64,000 nt of DNA, taken from positions 4,650,001 to 4,714,000 of the forward strand of contig CM026547.1 in assembly GCA_014905635.1 (NCBI GenBank). The letters are read 5' to 3'. Position 1 is the first letter of the stretch. Every line of letters begins with the position of its first letter. This document shows positions 38,201-50,216 of the stretch, one piece after another. The notes beneath the pieces were generated by a model. It saw only the letters and a program-made list of their open reading frames with translations. It ran no database searches and was not told the DNA's origin. Made by a program: the position numbers and the translations under genes. The stretch is from Scenedesmus sp. PABB004. Its lineage: Eukaryota.

Positions 38201-39480
38201 CCGCGGCTGCGGTGCTCGCCGGGCGTCACGCCGGTGTGCGCCGACAGCGTGCTCGGCTCGCGGTCGTACACGTGCCTGCGCGCCACGCCGCGGCGGCGGC
38301 GGCGGCAGGCGCGGGTCGGCGCGCGGGTCGGCGCGCGGGTCGGCGCGGCGGCTGCCCTCCTCCTGCGCGGCGCGCCGCGCGCCTGTGGGGCTTGAGGTCG
38401 CCCAGCTTGGCCACCGCGCGGCGCAGGTCCGGCGCGTCGGTGAGGAGCACGTTGTCTGCCTTGACGTCGCCGTGCACGTACGGCGGCGCGCAGCCGTGCA
38501 GCGCCGCGAGCGCGCCCGCGACCTGCGCCGCCCAACGCAGCGCGCTGCGCACGTCGTACAGGTTTTTCACGCGCACGCGCATCTGCTCCCTGCGCGGCGG
38601 CGGCGGCGGCGGCGCCAGCGGCGGAGACGGCGGCGGCGGCAGCGGGGCGTGAGCGCGCGCGCGCTGCGGCGCCGCGGCGGCGGGCTCCGAGCGCGGCGAG
38701 GGCTCCCGGCGCGGCGCCGGCGCGCGGCGCGCCGCACCCGATGAGCTTGCGCAGGCTGCGGCTGCCCACGTACTCCTCTACCATGAACAGGCTCTCCCGC
38801 ACGCCCGCGAGCGAGCCGTGCGAGAAGCAGCCGAGGCCGTGGAAGCGCACGATGTGCCTGCGGCGCGCATGCGCGCGCGCGCGCGCGGCGATGAGCGCGC
38901 AGCGCTGCGGCGGCGGGCGCGCGGCGCGCGGCGCGCGGCGGCGGCGGCGGCGGCGCTCACGGGTGGCGCAGGCGGTGCAGCTTGCTGGCCTCGAGCAGGA
39001 GCTCGCGGAAGTCCTGCGGCCCCGCGACCACAAAGGGCTTGTAGCCTTTGACCACAATGTGCTCCACGCGCCCCTCCACGTGCCAGCGCCCGCGCTCGAC
39101 CACCGCGAGGTCGCCTGCGGGCGCGGCGGCGGCGCGGGCGCGGCGTGGGCGGCGTCGGCGCGGCGGCGGCGCGGCGGCGTCGGCGCGCCGCGTGCGGGGT
39201 GGTCGTTCGCCGCGCGCCGCGGCGCCGCGGCGGCGGTTGGTCCCGCTGCCGCCGCGCGCGCCGCGGTCCCGCCGCGCAGCCGGGCGGCGGCCGCGCGGCT
39301 GGGCGGGGGCAAGGCCGCACCGGTGCCGATGCTGCAGACAAACTCAATGTCGGACGGGTCGACAAACATCGCGGCGCCGACGTGGTGCTGGAAGGCCAGG
39401 AGCGGCAGCAGCTCCTGGCGCGCGCGCGTGTCCGCGCAGCCCAGGTCCGCCTTGGCGGCGGAGAGCTTGGGGCGGCCCAT
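35299..39480 (-). CDS. Tyrosine-kinase-like (Raf/TKL) kinase or pseudokinase with a very long activation-segment insert and C-terminal CaaX
   Basis: IEFVCSIGTG|DLAVVER, VVVKGYKP, HIVRFHGLG, LFMVEEYVG, ALRWAAQVAGALAALH..VHGDVKADNVLL..AKLGDLKPH, ~700-aa insert, SLLYAAPELL, TEKVDVFAFGVLLYELL, GYRPPMP..LIAACWAAEPHERPRM, ending GCGCTIS*. One splice junction near 36800-36940 is unresolved. Confidence 0.85.
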
Positions 39481-40134
39481 CGCGCGACCGCCGCGCGAGC
39501 GCGCCGCGGCGCTGCTCCCCCGCCGCCGCTGCCCAGCGGCTCTGGTCCCGCTGCGGGGCCGCGCTGCGCGCCGGATCACATGGCCGGGTCGCGAGGCGCG
39601 GGCAGGGGCACCAGTGGGCTCGCGGGGCCCGAGCACGCTCGAGGGCGCTGCGACGCCGCGCTCTGAGCTGCAGGCCCGGCGCCTGCACGCCCAGGCCTTG
39701 TGCCGCCGCGGCGAGGGCCCTGGCGCGGCACTGCGCCGGCGCGGGGCGCGCTGGGCCGAACTGGGGCCGACTGCCGACTGCTGCTGCTCGGCGGCTGCGC
39801 ACTGCCCGCGCGGTCGGTGATCACGGCGGGCAAACTGGGAGGACGCGCTCGCGAGGCGCGGGGCTCCTGCGCTGCTGGGCGGGCGCCGACTTGCTGAGCC
39901 CCGAAGGTGTTGGCGACGCGGGGGCTGTGGCAGGCAGTTCGCGTTGACAGGCACAGCTCACTCCCGCCGCGCCGCGCCGCCGCCGGGTGCCGCGCCGCGC
40001 CGCCGCCGGGTGCCGCGCGGTCCCGCGCGCCGCCGTGCCGCGCCGCGCCGCCGCCGCGCGCCGTGCGCCGCGCGCCGCGCGGTCCCGCGCGGGCGGCGGC
40101 GCGCGACCCGCGCCCTCCCAGTCCCCCCCCCCCC

Positions 40135-41109
40135 TCAGCTGCGCCCGCCCGCGAGCAGGCGGTCGACGCCCTCGTCCAGGCTGCCAATGAGCGCGCCGCC
40201 GGCGAGCGCGGCGTCGTACTTGCGCCTCCTGCGCGGCGGGCGGGCGTGTCGCGTGCGCCGCCGGGCTTGCGCGCCCCGGGCGCCGCTGGCAGGCCCGCCG
40301 CCGCACCGGCGGGCCTCGAACGCCTCAAACCCGGGCGTCGCCGCGAGCGCGCCCGGCGTCACGTGCGGGCAGCCGTGCAGCGTGAGCGTGTGCAGCGCCG
40401 CGCAGCCGCTCAGCAGCTCCGGCGGCACGCCGGCGAGGCCCGCGTTGTCATCCGCGGCGAGCACACGCAGCGCCTGCAGCCGCCCCAGCGCCGGCGGGAG
40501 CGCGGTCAGCGCGTTGCCCGACACGTCCAGCTCCTGCAGCGCCGCGCAGTCGCCCAGCTCCGCCGGCTGCGGGCGGCGCGGGCGGGGCGAGCCGGCGGCG
40601 TGGGCGCCGGCCGCACCCGCCGCGGCGCGGCGCGCCCGGGCGCGCGCCTCGGCAGGCGCGCGCACCAGCTCGGCGAGCCGGTTGGCGCTCAAGACCAGCG
40701 TCTTCAGCGCCCGCAGGCGGCCGACCGCGGGCGGCAGCGCGGCGAGCGCGTTGCCGGGCAGCAGCAGCGCCTCCAGGCGCGACAGCTGCCCCAGCTCCGC
40801 CGGCAGCGCGGTCAGGCGGTTGCCGCCGACGTCCAGATGCCGCAGCGCGGCCAGGCCGCCGATCGCGGGCGGCAGCGCGGCCAGCCGGTTGGCGCTCAGC
40901 ACGAGCCGCTGCAGCGACGTGAACGCGGCGAGCCCGGGGAGCTCGGCCAGCGCGTTGTTCGCCGCGTCCAGCGTGCGCACGTGGCCGGCGAGCGGCAGCA
41001 GGCCGGCCGGGAGCGCGCGCAGGCCGCCGTCGCGCAGCGACACGATGCCCGTGCTGCGCCAGGCCGCCTCGCGCCGCTGCGACGTCGAGCGGCCCAGGCA
41101 GTTGCCCAT
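40135..41109 (-). CDS. Leucine-rich repeat protein (LRRC57-like intracellular LRR)
   Basis: MGNCLG start; AWRSTGIVSLRD; repeated LxxLxLxxNxLxxLP (LQRLVLSANRLAALP, LRHLDVGGNRLTALP, LQELDVSGNALTALP); C-terminus PGFEAFEARR|RRKYD..LDEGVD; two introns. Confidence 0.88.
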   Translation of the reverse strand: MGNCLGRSTSQRREAAWRSTGIVSLRDGGLRALPAGLLPLAGHVRTLDAANNALAELPGLAAFTSLQRLVLSANRLAALPPAIGGLAALRHLDVGGNRLTALPAELGQLSRLEALLLPGNALAALPPAVGRLRALKTLVLSANRLAELVRAPAEARARARRAAAGAAGAHAAGSPRPRRPQPAELGDCAALQELDVSGNALTALPPALGRLQALRVLAADDNAGLAGVPPELLSGCAALHTLTLHGCPHVTPGALAATPGFEAFEARRCGGGPASGARGAQARRRTRHARPPRRRRKYDAALAGGALIGSLDEGVDRLLAGGRS

Positions 41110-41742
41110 GGCGCCTGACCAGGTGCCGCCGCTGCTGGCGGCGCTGCGGTCGGCGGTGGCGCCGCTGCGCCGCCGCCGCTGCTGCGGTGCTGGTGCCGCT
41201 GCTCGCTGTGGGGTGCCGGCCGCTCGCTGCGTTCGGCAGCCGAGCGAGGGAGGGAGCACGCGTGAGTGCGCGAAGGTACGCCCGCGTAGGCGGCAGATCT
41301 GCGCTGCGGCGGGGGGCGCAGAGAGCGCTGGCGACGGCTTCGGCGGCGAGGGTTGTGCGGTGACCGCCCGGCCGCACGGCACACCGACCCGCGTGGAGCG
41401 ACCCGTCGGCTTCCCCACAGCGCCTCCGCCTGCGCGCGCCGGACGCGCCGCCGGAGTGAGCGGGCCTACGGCGACGTCGGCGCTCACACCAGCCTGCCCA
41501 GCTTCCGCACACGCCCGCGCGGCCCGTTCAGACGCTGCTCCTGCGCCTGCAGATGCTCAGAGCTGCCACGACCACCGCAGCAGCACGCGAGAGCCAACGC
41601 AGCGCAAGAGCCGACAACTCGACAGCGGGCCAGGGCCGCGACGCTGAATCCAGGCGCGCCTGACCGTCGCCGAGCAGCGTACTAGCTGATACGAGCCATC
41701 AACATGACGAGGAGATGGCGCCCGGGAGCAGCGGGCGCGCTC

Positions 41743-43677
41743 ATGGTGCGCGGCGGGCTGCCTTCCGGGGCCGCTGCGAAGGGGGCGCGCTCGGCTCACG
41801 CGCCCCGCGGCGCCGTCCCGCAGGCGCTCCTCGCACTGGCTCAGGCGTCGAGCGCGGCCGGGTGCGCTGCGGCGCTGCGGCGGCGGCGGCACCGGAGCGC
41901 GCGCCGCTGCTGCCGCGCCGGCGCCGCGGCGCCGGGACGGCCCACCCGGCCCGCTGAGCCGCCGCCGCGGCCGGCCTCAGGTACCCTGATGTGGTGGCGT
42001 TTGAGGGCAGCGCGTTCCTGATGGGCTGGTACGCGGGCGTGGCGCAGGTGCTGCTGGAAAAGAAGGTCCTCGTCCCCGGCGTCACGCGCTCGGCCGGCCT
42101 CAGCGGCGGGGCCTACACGCTCGCCCTGGCGCACCTGAATTACACCGGTGCACAAATCAACGGCCTATGGTGCGCCGGCTCCGCTGCAGCCCACTCAGCA
42201 CGCGGCCGGGGCGTCACGCCCCGAGTTGTGCTGCGCTGCACCTCCAGCTGCTGCAGCTGACAGCGCGGCGCGCGCGCGGCCCGCAGGCAGTACATGTTTG
42301 GCCGCAACGTCAGCATACCGCGCATGGTCCAGGGCGGCGTCAACGCCCTCGCCGAGGTGCGTGTGTGCACCGCTGGCAGGACCTGGCAGGCGCGCCCAGC
42401 CCACCGCGTCCCTGCGCCCGACACGCCCGGGCGCCCTCGCGCCCCGCAGCCTGCGCTGGACCAGTATTTGCCCGACGACATCAGCCCGGTGCAGGGCGTG
42501 ATGCACATCGCGCTGTCGCAGCTCAACGCCAACCGCGCGTCGCTCAACGACAGCGCCTCCTGGGTGATCAACCGCTGGGACAACAAGGTGACCGTGTGGG
42601 GCGCCGCGTCCCGGCTCGCCCTTCCCAGCCAGCCCGCCTCGCACCCTTGTTGCGCGCGCCGTGGCTTGCCGCGCTCACCGCCGCACCTTGCTGCGCTGTC
42701 AGGTGGACCTCAAGAGCTGCCTGCTAGGCACCAACGCCATCCCCTGCTTTGGGACAGCTGGCATGTTCAGCATCTTCCGCAACCAGCCCGTGATTGACGG
42801 CGGTTACGGCAACGGCTTCCCTGAGCTGTGGTGAGGCCGAGCGGCGCAGCTGCGCGCTGTACAGCGGCGCACGTGCGCGCTGCGCGCGTCGGCCCGACAC
42901 ATGCCCACGCGCCGCCCGCCGCGCGCCGTGCAGCCTGGACGCCGCGAACAAGGACTGCTTCAAGGCCGGCAGCTGGGTCGTGGGGCCGCTCGCAAACCAC
43001 ACCTGCGACCCCGTCAAGTGCGGCAAGGTGTTGTATGAGGCAAACTGCACCGTGGCGAAGCGCACCGTGCTGCGCCACTCCCTTTACAAGGTGGGGGCGC
43101 TGCCGGGCGGGGCGGCCTGCCGAGGCACAGCCGCGCCGGCCGCGCTGAGAGTCGGCCGACGCTCAGGCTGTGCCGGTTCGGGGCGGTGCCGGCGCCCCGC
43201 CCGCAGAACACCCAGACCTACGTTGACCGCTGGAAGCTGTGGAAGATCAAAGATCGCTGTCCCACGACCGCGTGGGGCAACAACACGCCGCCCAACCCCA
43301 CGCCAGCGTTTGTGCCCCAGGGCCTCGTCACGCCAGACCTGTATCCAGGGCTGTACAACCCGCTGCCCCGCTGGCCAAAGGACGCCGCGGAGCCCATGCT
43401 CGCGTGCGAGTGGCGTGAGTGCCGGTCGCATGGGCCGCGCGCTGCGCGCAGGGCTGCTGCGAGCGCCGGCGCTGGCGCTGATCAGGCAGCGCCGACGTGC
43501 TGCGTCGCCCGCCCGCCTGCCCGCCCGCCTGCCCGCCTGCCCGCGCGTCGCGCAGAAAACTACGCCATGGCGCCGCCGTTTCATCAGATCAAGGATTTCT
43601 TGGAGATGTGCTACGACCTGGGGATGCGCGACGCGGAGGCGTGGCACGCGGCCAACGCCGCCCGGCTGGGCCGGTGA
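41743..43677 (+). CDS. Patatin-like phospholipase/lipase (PNPLA family)
   Basis: VAFEGSAFLMGWYAGV (glycine-rich loop), nucleophile motif GLSGG, IFRNQPVIDGGY (DG motif), terminal YDLGMRDAEAW; about 8 exons with GT-AG introns. The start codon could be 41704 or 41743. Confidence 0.82.
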
Positions 43678-44201
43678 CGAGGGGGGGGGGGGGGTGTGCA
43701 ATCGGCCGCGCCCCCGGTGGCCCCAGGTGCTGGGCAGGGCCATTTTATTTGCGGCACGACATCGGCGGCTCCGTCCGCAGCAGGCCTCGCTGGCCGGGGC
43801 AGCACCTGCTGCGCCGCATTCGTCGCTGCGGCCTTGGCGCTGCTGGCGCAGGCCTCTGGTATGCACGGAACTTGCCAACTGATCGCCCAGCCGCGGCTGC
43901 CGGGCGCGCCAAACAATGGATCGGTCGGGCGTGTTAACGCGCACGCGTGAACGTCCAGGCATCCTGAACCCTAGTGTCAGCCCCGGGCCGCCGGGGCGTG
44001 TGACGTGATTTCACGCGCGCCGCCCCGAAACCCAGCACGCCGCCGGACACATCCCCTCACCCCCGCCGGGCGGCAGGATACAAAATGGGCGCCGCTGCAG
44101 TTTGTGCAGCAGCTGCTGCACAAACAGCTCCCGCTCGCTGGCCCGTCTTCGCGAGAGCGAGCAGGCACCTGCACTAAAGCGCATTGCTGCCCCTGCGATG
44201 G

Positions 44202-47103
44202 TCACCGGCCAGCCCACGCTCGCGACGAGGCACCATCACGCCTCAGCGCCGTACCCGTGCCTGTGCCTGCGGCCGACCGGGGGGCAGCGCGCGCCGCGTG
44301 AGCGGCGGCAGGCGCGGCGGGGCCGCAAGCGCGCGCCGCCTCCACGCGCCGCCTCCGCGCGCGGCCCGCGCGCGCGGCCCCCGCGCGCCGCGCACGGCGC
44401 GCGCACCCCGGCAGCTCGTGGCTCTGGCGGCTCGCCGCCAACATCAGGCTCTCCGCCACGCTCACGGTCGACGCAAAGCTGGGCAGCTGCTGCAGGTCTG
44501 AGAGGGCAGAGATGCTGAGCACGGTGCTCGCGCCGACGTCGAGGCTGCTCGGCACCGCGCTGAACACCGCCGTGGCGGCGGTGCTCGGCCGCGTGCCCGC
44601 CGGCGCCGCCGGCGGCCACGCACCGGCGGCGGCGCCGCCTGTCGCGGGCGCGTCGCCGGGGCCCGCCAGCTGACCGCGCGCAAACTGCGCGCTGCTGGCG
44701 GGGCTGCCGTTGGCGCTGCTCGACTCGCTGCCGCCAGCCCCGCTCGACGGCGCCGCCCCCGCGCTGGCCGCCGCCGCGGAGGCCGGCTGCCGGATGGGCG
44801 GCAGGTGGTGGTGCGCCAGCTGCTGGCGTGCCGGGCTGCCGCGCGCGCCGCTGGGCGGCAGCGGGCTCGTGGCGACCGGGCTCACGCTGCGCGGCGGGCA
44901 CAGCAGCCCGCCAGCAAGCTCGCCGCTCGCGCGAACGCCGTCCTCGGGCGCCGCCGCCGCCGCCGCCTGCGCTGCGAGTCGCTGCGGCCGCTGGGCGGGC
45001 GGCGCGTCCCCCGGCGGCTGCTGCCGCGTGAGCTGCGCCGCCTCCGCCAGCAGGTCGGCGGCGGGGCTGACCGCCGAGCGCTGCTGCTGCCAGCCCACGC
45101 ACAGCTCGCGCCGCCCCGCCTCCACGATCTGGCTGCTGCTGTCGCCGCGGCAGAGCTCCGCCGGCGCGCGGCCGCTCGCGGCCGCCGCGGCCGGCTGCGC
45201 CGCCTCCGCCGCGGGCGCGGGCGGCTGGGCGGCAGCCGGCGGCTCGGCCGCCGCCGCCGCCGTCGGCGCTGCAGCGCCGCCGCCGCTGCCCCGCCTGCCC
45301 CCGAGCGAGGGGATGGTTGGCAGCGCCACGTGCAGCCGGCGCACGTGCAGCTTGGCCGCCAGCCGGTTGCCCAGGCCGTCCGCGCAGCCGGCGGCCGCGC
45401 GCGGCGCGTCTTGGCAGCCGCCCCCGCTGCGCGACGCGGGCGCCGCGGCCACGCCGGGCGCGGCGGCGCCCCCTGTGCACAGCTGGGGGCTGCTCGAAGC
45501 GTGGCTCAGCTTGCTCTTGCCCTTGCCTGCGTGTGCGCCGCTCCCACTCCCGCTCCCGCCCCCGCTCCCGCTCCCGCTCCCGCTGCTCGCGTCGCGCTCG
45601 CCGCGGCGCAGGCCCAGCGCGAGCGCCGAACCGACCGCGCGCAGCTGGCCGCGCGGCGAGGCCGGCGGCGAGCCGCCCGACGCCAGGCCGTCGGCGCACT
45701 CGCTCGCGGGCTGGCTGTGCGCCCGCTGTAGCCCCACCGCGCGGCTCGCGGCCAGCAGCTGCCTGCGCGCACGGAAGCACGGGGGCAGCGGGCAGCGGGC
45801 AGCGGGCAGCGGGCGGGAGGTGGGTGGGCGCCAGCGGCGGCCGCCCGCGCGTCGGCCCGCGCGCGCGAGCCTGCGCCTCGGCCCGCCCGCCCGCGCGAGC
45901 CTCGGCCCGCCCGCGCGCGCCCCCTGCGGGGCGGGGCTGGCGTGCTCTCACCCGTAGGCCACGTCGTCGAGCGTGAGGAAGGCGAGGAACGCGGCCACGC
46001 TCTCCAGCGCGGGCCCGCACGCGACGCCGAGCGGGCCGAGCAGCCACCCCGCGACGACGCGGTACAGCGCGCCCATCGCGGCGTCCACCTCCGCCTCGGC
46101 CACCTCCGCCGCCGCCGCACCGGCGCCCAGGCCCAGCAGCGGCGCGCCCCCGCCGGGCGCCGCCGCGCAGCCGGGCGGCGCCGCTGCGCACGGCGCGCCG
46201 CGCACGGCGCCGCCGTCGCTGCTGCCCGGCGCGGCGAGGCCGCCGCCGGCGTTGCCGCTGGCGCCGCCCGGCGTCGCGGCGCCGCCGCCGCGCAGGCGGG
46301 GGTCGTCGAGGCTCGCGTGCCGCGCGTGGCGCAGCACCGCCGCGAGCACGAGCAGCAGGTCCTGCTCGTGCGCAGCGAGCGAGCAGCAGACCGCGCGCGC
46401 AGACGCCTTGCGTGCGAGCAGGTCGTCGTCAAGCTCCTCCAGCAGCTCCGCCGCCGACGCCGGCAGCGACGGGCCGCAGCCGCCGGCGCCGCCGGCGCCG
46501 CCCTGGTCGCCGCCGGGCGGCAGCTTGCCGCCGCCGCCGGCGCCGGCGCGCGGCGCGGCGCGCTGCAGGTCGGGCATGCTGCCGTGGCCGCGGCGCAGCG
46601 CCGCGCTGCGCTCCGCCGCGGCGGCGTGCGCCTCGGCGAGCAGGCCGTCGGCCTGGTCCATCAGCAGGTCGAGCGTGGCCTCGCTGAGCGCCTCGGCCGT
46701 GAAGCCGCCAAACCAGTCGGCCAGCACGACGAGCGCGACCGCGGCGCTCGCGGCCTCGAGCGGCGCGTAGTCGCCGCCGTTGAGCGCGAGCTTCACGCCC
46801 TGCAGCTCCGCGCACACGGCGTGGCCCTCGGCGAGGCCGAGGCCCACCAGGCGCGGGCAGGCCGCCCAGGAGGCCTCGTGCTCCTCGGGGAAGCGCCCCC
46901 GGTAGAGCAGCGCGACGAGCAGGCCCGCGGCAAAGCTCGGCGCGACGCAGCCGGCGGCGCAGGCGCCGTCGCAGGCGGCGCCGCTCGGCGGCGGCGCCGC
47001 GCCGGCGCCGCTGCTGGCGCGCGTGTTGGCGGCGCTGGCGCAGGGGCTGGTGCCGGGCGGGCCGAGGTGGATGTGCGGCGGCACGAGGCTGGCGCCGCCG
47101 CAC

Positions 47104-47142
<39 letters not shown>

Positions 47143-48378
47143 GAGGGCGGGCGCGAGCCCAGGCCGGGGCCGCCGCCCGCGGCGCTGCGCGTGGGCGTGT
47201 TGGGCAGGCTCAGCGCGCCGGGCGCGGCGCCGGCCGGCGACGCGGCAGCGTTGAGCGCCGCCGTGAGCGCGAGCAGGTCCACCGCGGCGCTGCTGCGGCT
47301 GCGGCTGTGGCAGCGCTTGAGCGGGCTGCCCGGCCCCGCTGCCGCGGGCGGCCCCGCGGGCGGCGGCGCGTCCCAGTGCTCGGGCGCGGCGTTGTAGGCC
47401 TGGGCGGCGCGCGCGAGCGCGCGCGCGCCCGCCTTGAGCACCTGCGGCGGCGGCGGCACCGTGTCAGCCGCAGCGCCCGCGCCGGCCGGGGCCGACCGGA
47501 GGGCGTCCTGCGCGCACGCGCGTGCGCTGCGCGCACCCGGTGCAGGCGCAGGCTCTGGCGGCGCTCGAGGCCGTGCAGCAGGCGCTGCTGGCGCCACAGC
47601 GCGTCCGCGTAGGTGGCCGGCGCCTCGGGCAGCCAGCCGTCGGCGCTGTACGCCTCGGGGCGGATGTGGAACGCCGCCGTCCACGGCTGCGCCGCGTCCA
47701 GGCCGAGCTCCGCCTCGCTCGGCGGCAGGCGCTCGCGCAGCGCCACCTCCGTGGTCGGCCGCGGCTGCAGCTGCGCGGCGGCGCGCGCGGGCGCGCGTCG
47801 GCGACGCCCGGCGCGCGCGGCGCGGCCCCGCTCCCCCTGCGACCGCGGCCGCGCACCTTGCGCGCGCTGTGCGCGGAGCGGATGATGGTGAGGCCGTGGC
47901 CATAGACCTCGGTCACCGCCGAGTCGCTCTCGATCACCGTGACGGGGCGGTCGCCGTCCTCCGCGATCGCGCGCAGGTTGCACACCAGCTTGAGGCTCGC
48001 GCCCGCGCTCAGCCGGCGTGCGTGGACGAGCGAAACGCCCTCCCCGCCGGGGCCCAGCGCCAGCGCCGCGCCCGCGGCCGCCTCGGCGGTGCTCGGCAGC
48101 GACGCCGCCTCGGCGGGCGTCATCGGCCCGTAGCTTGCGCTCGCCCAGTCCGCGTCGCCGCTGCCAGCCGCCGCCGCCGCGGCGCCGCCGCCGCCGGCCT
48201 CGCCCAGCAGCTGCTCCGGCGGCGGCGCGACGCCGATGCTGCCGAGCGCCGCCGCCGCGGCGGCGAGCGGGTCTGACACGCTCATGCTGCGGCTAAGCTT
48301 GCGGCAGACCCTGGTCAGCACGTAGCTGCCGTTGCCCAGGTTGAGCTGCCGCGGGTCCGCGACCTTGAACAGGCAGCT

Positions 48379-48470
<92 letters not shown>

Positions 48471-49106
48471 TGCACGCGCGTCAGCGCGACCGCGCTGCCG
48501 GCGCGGCTGCGCCCCCGGGCGCCGCTCACCGCAGGTGCGCCAGGTACTGCTCAAAGACGCGCACAAACACCTCTTGGCACCACGTCTGCAGCGACCCCGG
48601 GCGCGCGGCGCGCACGGCCGCGATCGCGGCCGCCGCGCTGGGCGCCTCGCCGCTGGCAAGCATGAAGCAGGCGACCGCGAGCCCCGTGCGCCCGAGCCCC
48701 GCGTGGCAGTGCACCGCGACGCGCCGCCCCTCCGCCACCGTGCCCAGCATGACCTGCGATGAGAGAGGGAGGGGGCGGGGGGTGGGGAGGCGGCGGGCGT
48801 GCGGGCGCGGCCCGTTGCTGCCGGCGCCGCGCGCGAGCCCCAGGCCGGCAGCCGGGCCGGGAGCGCGCGCGCGGGTCGCCGCCGCGGGGCGGGGCTGGCC
48901 CAGGGGCCCCCGCCCAGGGCATAAGGCAGGCCCCAGCCACCTGCACGATGTCCATCATGCGGTCGAGGGTCGGCACGCCCATGTCGCGCCAGGAGAGGTT
49001 TGCCACCGACACGCGCGCGGCCATGAAGGCCTCGGCCGCGTACGTGAAGCCGCTGCCCGGCAGGTTGCCGGGCCCGCACCCCGCGTGCTCGCCGACCTGC
49101 CGCCCC

Positions 49107-49138
<32 letters not shown>

Positions 49139-49662
49139 GCCCGCCCGGCGCCGGCGCCGCGCTCGGGCGCCGCTGCCCAAGCGTGCGGTGCGCGCACCTC
49201 CTGGAGGTTGACGATGAGCCCGATGTTGAGCTCGCCGCTGAACCTGCCCACCAGGTCGTGGCGCACCACGTTGTCCTGCCACGGCCGCGCCATCGCGAGC
49301 GCGTGCCGCCCGACCCAGCTGCTGTGCAGGCCGGGCACGGCGTTGGGCCCCGCCTGGCGCGCCGGGTCCTCGCACGCGCACGCCCGCCCGCCCTCGCACA
49401 GGCACTGCACGCCCTCCTTGATCAGGTGCGAGAGCGGCGCGGCCATCGTGTTGTCCTGTGCAGCGCGCCGCGCGGTCAGCGCTCGCGCCGCGTGCGCCGC
49501 GCGCGCCGCCGCCGCAGACCCCCCGCCCTCCGCCCACACCTGCGTGAAGAAGGGCTGGCGCGGTGGCATGCCGCGGCCAAACGAGCCCGAGCCGTCCTTG
49601 GCGGCCGCCGCCAGCGCGCCGGCGCTGCTCGCCGGGCGCGGCGCCGACGCGGCGTTGCCCAT
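44202..49662 (-). CDS. PTPDC1-like dual-specificity protein phosphatase with a long C-terminal extension
   Basis: NAVPGLHSSWV..LAMARP, IVNLQE|VGEHAGCG..SGFTY, WRDMGVPTLDRMMDIVQ, catalytic VHCHAGLGRTG (CX5R), AIAAVRAARPGSLQT. The downstream exons are low-complexity, so the exact 3' structure is uncertain. Confidence 0.85.
48378..48469. repeat. (GGC)n trinucleotide microsatellite in a PTPDC1-like intron
   Basis: About 30 GGC units with one interruption. Confidence 0.9.
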
Positions 49663-50216
49663 GCCGCCCGCTGGGTGCCTTCAAACAGGCTCGCACAGCC
49701 TCGCAGCAGCCTCACGAGTCTGTCGGCGCCCTGGCCAGGCCGCGCGGGACCGGGGCGGGCGCCATCGCTGGCATTGACGACTGGCCCGGCGCGGCTAGGC
49801 ACCGGGGCCTCCTGGCAGCTGTTTGTAACGGCTGGCTGGCCCGACTCGCAACAGAGGAGCAGCTCGGAGCCAGGCAGCGACGCGCGCCTGGATCGAAACG
49901 GCTGCAGTCCTAGTCGCGGACCCGCGGGCGCGTGCGTGCTTGGAGGCCGCGCGACAGTGCACGGCCGTGCGCGCGGCGAGGTCGACGGATGCGGGCGGCA
50001 GCCAGACAGCCAGCCTGTCACACGCGCCGCTGCGCCCTGCTGTCGGCGCGACAACGCGCGCACCTGCTCCGCATGACCCGCTGCCCGGCCGGCAGCCAGC
50101 AATGCACGCCCGCCCCACACCAACTGCCCGACGCCTCCGCCGCCCCGCCGCGCCGCCGCCGTGGCTGCTGCTGCCGGCGGCAGCAGCGCACGCGCCCGAG
50201 CGCCCCAGCCCGCTGA

